Shown: positions 36,856 to 39,202 of the stretch, piece after piece
How the letters are laid out: every line of letters starts with the position of its first letter
How positions within the stretch are numbered: position 1 is the first letter of the stretch
Position numbers and translations under genes: made by a program
The notes under the pieces: generated by a model
What the model was told of the DNA's origin: nothing
The model's input: the letters and a program-made list of their open reading frames with translations, nothing else
Database searches by the model: none
DNA from: a candidate division WWE3 bacterium UBA1379
GTDB lineage: Bacteria > Patescibacteriota > WWE3 > UBA101185 > UBA10185
Direction of reading: 5' to 3'
Assembly: GCA_002305475.1 (NCBI GenBank)
Contig: DBRB01000005.1
Coordinates: forward strand, 1 to 39,202
DNA: 39,202 nt

Positions 36856-38193
36856 ATGAGGATGTTATCATTTTCCAGATTATTCAAGGTTTTTATCGTT
36901 GTCTCTTCTATTCTTTTTTACCTTGGTGCAACTACTGACAGAGCATTGGCTCAAGGAGATGGGGTTTCGGGAGTGATTTATGCTGACGGAGAAGAAAAAC
37001 TTTATGAAAACATCCAACTTTTCGTACCTGGATTAGATATCAGAAGAACAGCATTAAACCATTTAGCTGCTGCTGCTTTTGATGGAATACCCTTTATAGC
37101 TTTCGGAAAAAACATCAGTGAAATGCAGGGATGCGGTGCAAAATTTTTGCAGGATAACGGTGCGGATGTAACCTGCCAGGGTTGTGCACAGAATCTGGAA
37201 TGCGAAGATCTTCAATTGCTGTATAAACCGGGTTCCCAGTTTGCTCAGACAAGAGTAGCGGGCACTTTAATCGGTTTATCTAATTTTCTGGGTGGGGCCG
37301 CTATCAATGAACCGGCACCGGTAAATTTGGCTTACTGGTGGAATGACAATGTTAACAAAGTACCTTTTGTCGGTCATGCTCTTGCAGCAGATTCAACTAC
37401 CTATAGCGGACCATTTTTAGGGGCCATTTTATTTGTCTGGAAATTAACCAGAAATATCGCTTACGGATTGATGTCGGTTGTAATGTTGGCCACCGGATTA
37501 ATGATTATAACCAGAAAGAAACTAGGACCACAGGCAGCAGTAACTGCTCAGCTTGCTCTTCCAAAAATAATTATTGCTCTGGTATTGATAACATTCAGTT
37601 ACCCCATCGGGGCTCTTGGAGTATCTTTAGCATATGTTCTGAGAGGGAACGTCGGGCCGATGTTAGCAGATGTGGATTGGGGAGGATTAGGCAATAATGT
37701 ATTAACAGCAACAGATGGTTTTTCTGTTGGATTTATCGCCTCAGCTCTCTTTGCTGTTGTTACCGCAATCATGGGTCTAGGTCCTGTAATACTGATAATC
37801 TCCTTACTGGTGATCTTTGTTGCAATCGTAGCAGGTATTCTCGTATATATTAAATTTTTCACCATCTACATTAAACTGCTATTTTCTATTATCGCCGCTC
37901 CTTTCATATTCACAATCGGAGCAATTCCCGGTCAGGATCAGGCAACAATAAACTGGTTTAAAAGTTTTATCGCTAACGTGATAGCAATACCAGCTATGTT
38001 TTTTATATACACATTATCTTTCCTTTTATCCTGGAAAATTATGTTAACGGCATTTACTGAAGCAACCGTGTTCGGTGGTGGTCCACTTATGCTCTTCATA
38101 GTCCCCTTCGTATATATATACGGTGCATTCTTTGCCAGACAGGTTCCGGATAAAATCGAAGCACTGATAGTAGGTGAAAAGAAGAGAAAATAA
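36856..38193 (+). CDS. Polytopic membrane protein with VirB6/TrbL-like topology (signal peptide, ~150-aa extracytoplasmic domain, 6 or more TM helices)
   Basis: 445 aa. Signal peptide MRMLSFSRLFKVFIVVSSILFYLGATTDRALA. Soluble Cys-containing domain (CGAKFLQDNGADVTCQGCAQNLEC). Then a densely hydrophobic C-terminal two-thirds. Transcribed divergently from the 1078-aa gene. Confidence 0.55.
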   Translation: MRMLSFSRLFKVFIVVSSILFYLGATTDRALAQGDGVSGVIYADGEEKLYENIQLFVPGLDIRRTALNHLAAAAFDGIPFIAFGKNISEMQGCGAKFLQDNGADVTCQGCAQNLECEDLQLLYKPGSQFAQTRVAGTLIGLSNFLGGAAINEPAPVNLAYWWNDNVNKVPFVGHALAADSTTYSGPFLGAILFVWKLTRNIAYGLMSVVMLATGLMIITRKKLGPQAAVTAQLALPKIIIALVLITFSYPIGALGVSLAYVLRGNVGPMLADVDWGGLGNNVLTATDGFSVGFIASALFAVVTAIMGLGPVILIISLLVIFVAIVAGILVYIKFFTIYIKLLFSIIAAPFIFTIGAIPGQDQATINWFKSFIANVIAIPAMFFIYTLSFLLSWKIMLTAFTEATVFGGGPLMLFIVPFVYIYGAFFARQVPDKIEALIVGEKKRK

Positions 38194-38267
38194 CCGGTAA
38201 ACAAACCACATTAATCACACCTCGATAATTTCCTCAAAATATCAGTTTTATACGCTATAATGTTCCC

Positions 38268-38726
38268 ATGTTATTGGCAAAAAACCGTAAAGCTTTTTAC
38301 GATCATGAAATATTGGAAAAATTTACTGCGGGCATAGCTTTAAAAGGCTATGAAGTCAAAGCAGTGAAAGAAGGTAAGGTGAACATGGACGGTTCATTTG
38401 TACAGGTATTGGGTCATGAGGTTTATGTAATCAATATGTATATCGGACAATATTCCAAACAAAGCCAGGAAACAGGGAAACAACAGTCTAGAACAAGCAG
38501 AAAGCTGCTTCTTAGAAAAGAAGAAATTGAAAAACTGCAAAGAGAACTGGCACAGAAAGGAAAAACCGCAATTCCTCTTGCGTTGATCTTATCCCATAAT
38601 ATGATAAAATTGGAGTTCGGAATAGCAAAAGGACGTAAAAAGGTTGAGAAAAAGCACCTTGAAAAAGAAAGACAGATCAAGCGTGATCTGGAAAAAGCTG
38701 TCAAAGAAACACATAAGTATTATTAA
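38268..38726 (+). CDS. smpB: SsrA-binding protein SmpB
   Basis: 152 aa. NRKAFYDHEILEKFTAGIALKGYEVKAVKEG...GKTAIPLALILSHNMIKLEFGIAKGRKK and a basic C-terminal tail. Confidence 0.9.
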   Translation: MLLAKNRKAFYDHEILEKFTAGIALKGYEVKAVKEGKVNMDGSFVQVLGHEVYVINMYIGQYSKQSQETGKQQSRTSRKLLLRKEEIEKLQRELAQKGKTAIPLALILSHNMIKLEFGIAKGRKKVEKKHLEKERQIKRDLEKAVKETHKYY

Positions 38727-38740
38727 TAACGAGTATTTAT

Positions 38741-39144
38741 GGGGATGTAATGGCTTTGACTGAAAGACGCTATCTATGAAAGCAGGCCGAAGTCCTATAT
38801 CTTCGTTAAAAGATAGGAAAAAACAAATGCTGAAAACAAATTAGCATTCGTCGAAGAACCGGCATTAGTCGGTGCATTCGCTTAATCCCGTTAGAGGATT
38901 AGATCCTTTTATTTCTGTCCGGAGTAATAAACAGGGTCATATAAAACCGGAATGAGGTAGTTTAGAAATGGTCTTTTTAAACCGCCAAGGACTCAGAGTT
39001 CATAAGATGCTTAATGTATTAGACCTGCCGAGGATTCTATGGTTAGTCAAATACCTAACCTCTTAAGAAAAATTTGACTGAGCTTGGGAATACTTTTGTA
39101 TTTAGCCTTTCAACACAGGGGTTCGATTCCCCTCATCTCCACCA
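38741..39144 (+). ncRNA. ssrA: tmRNA (ssrA)
   Basis: Starts GGGGATG and ends ...GGGGTTCGATTCCCCTCATCTCCACCA, giving a tRNA-like acceptor/T-arm with CCA and a G3:U70 Ala-identity pair. Internal tag ORF GCTGAAAACAAATTAGCATTCGTCGAAGAACCGGCATTAGTCGGTGCATTCGCTTAA (AENKLAFVEEPALVGAFA*). Sits immediately downstream of smpB. Confidence 0.85.
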
Positions 39145-39202
39145 AATTATTTTTTTCTTTAGGTATTATCAAGGAGTTTGCCGAGTTATAAAAACATGAT
39201 GA

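Overview
The window is low-GC bacterial DNA using the standard genetic code (TGA acts as a stop). Gene content and style resemble a reduced, possibly CPR/Patescibacteria-like genome, but that placement is an inference.

Housekeeping content:
- A partial large secreted protein runs off the 5' edge.
- ftsH and trpS are present, with five tRNA genes that I folded by hand: elongator Met-CAU, an initiator-like fMet-CAU, Ile-UAU, Ser-GCU and Arg-GCG.
- An IS200/RAYT-like transposase sits between the two CAU tRNAs.
- An FtsB-like gene and a Xer-like tyrosine recombinase follow; the recombinase has substitutions at two catalytic positions and a 475-bp AT-rich non-coding tail.
- A complete minus-strand SUF Fe-S operon reads ArsR-like regulator, sufC, sufB, short sufD, sufS, sufU, DUF1858-like gene, ferredoxin, hpf.
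- Also present: an RRM RNA-binding protein, valS, an SPFH/band-7 membrane cluster, an SLT lytic transglycosylase, rplY (L25/Ctc), a protein with a degenerate PP2C-like domain and NHL repeats, a bPH_2 membrane protein, a SpoIID/LytB-domain coiled-coil protein, and smpB followed by tmRNA (ssrA).

The stand-out region is 27.9-38.2 kb, a locus I cannot assign to any characterised system.
- It contains a paralogous family built on a conserved ~90-aa hydrophobic two-helix hairpin with VirB2/TrbC-pilin-like topology.
- Three family members are small stand-alone genes. The first has a strong Shine-Dalgarno and is followed by an intrinsic terminator.
- Two members are large proteins in which the same hairpin is the C-terminus of a secreted ectodomain made of ~38-aa six-cysteine tandem repeats.
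- The two large genes share a 158-bp perfectly identical 3' block. One of them is split by a frameshift near G5/C4 homopolymer tracts.
- Linked genes are a VirB6/TrbL-like polytopic membrane protein and a 1078-aa protein with a C-terminal knottin-like cysteine framework plus an M23-like HxxxD/HxH motif pair. A PEGA-domain beta-rich protein is also linked.
- My working hypothesis is a T4SS/Ced-like or otherwise novel surface filament and adhesion system with variable cysteine-rich tips. No VirB4/VirD4-type ATPase is visible in the window.
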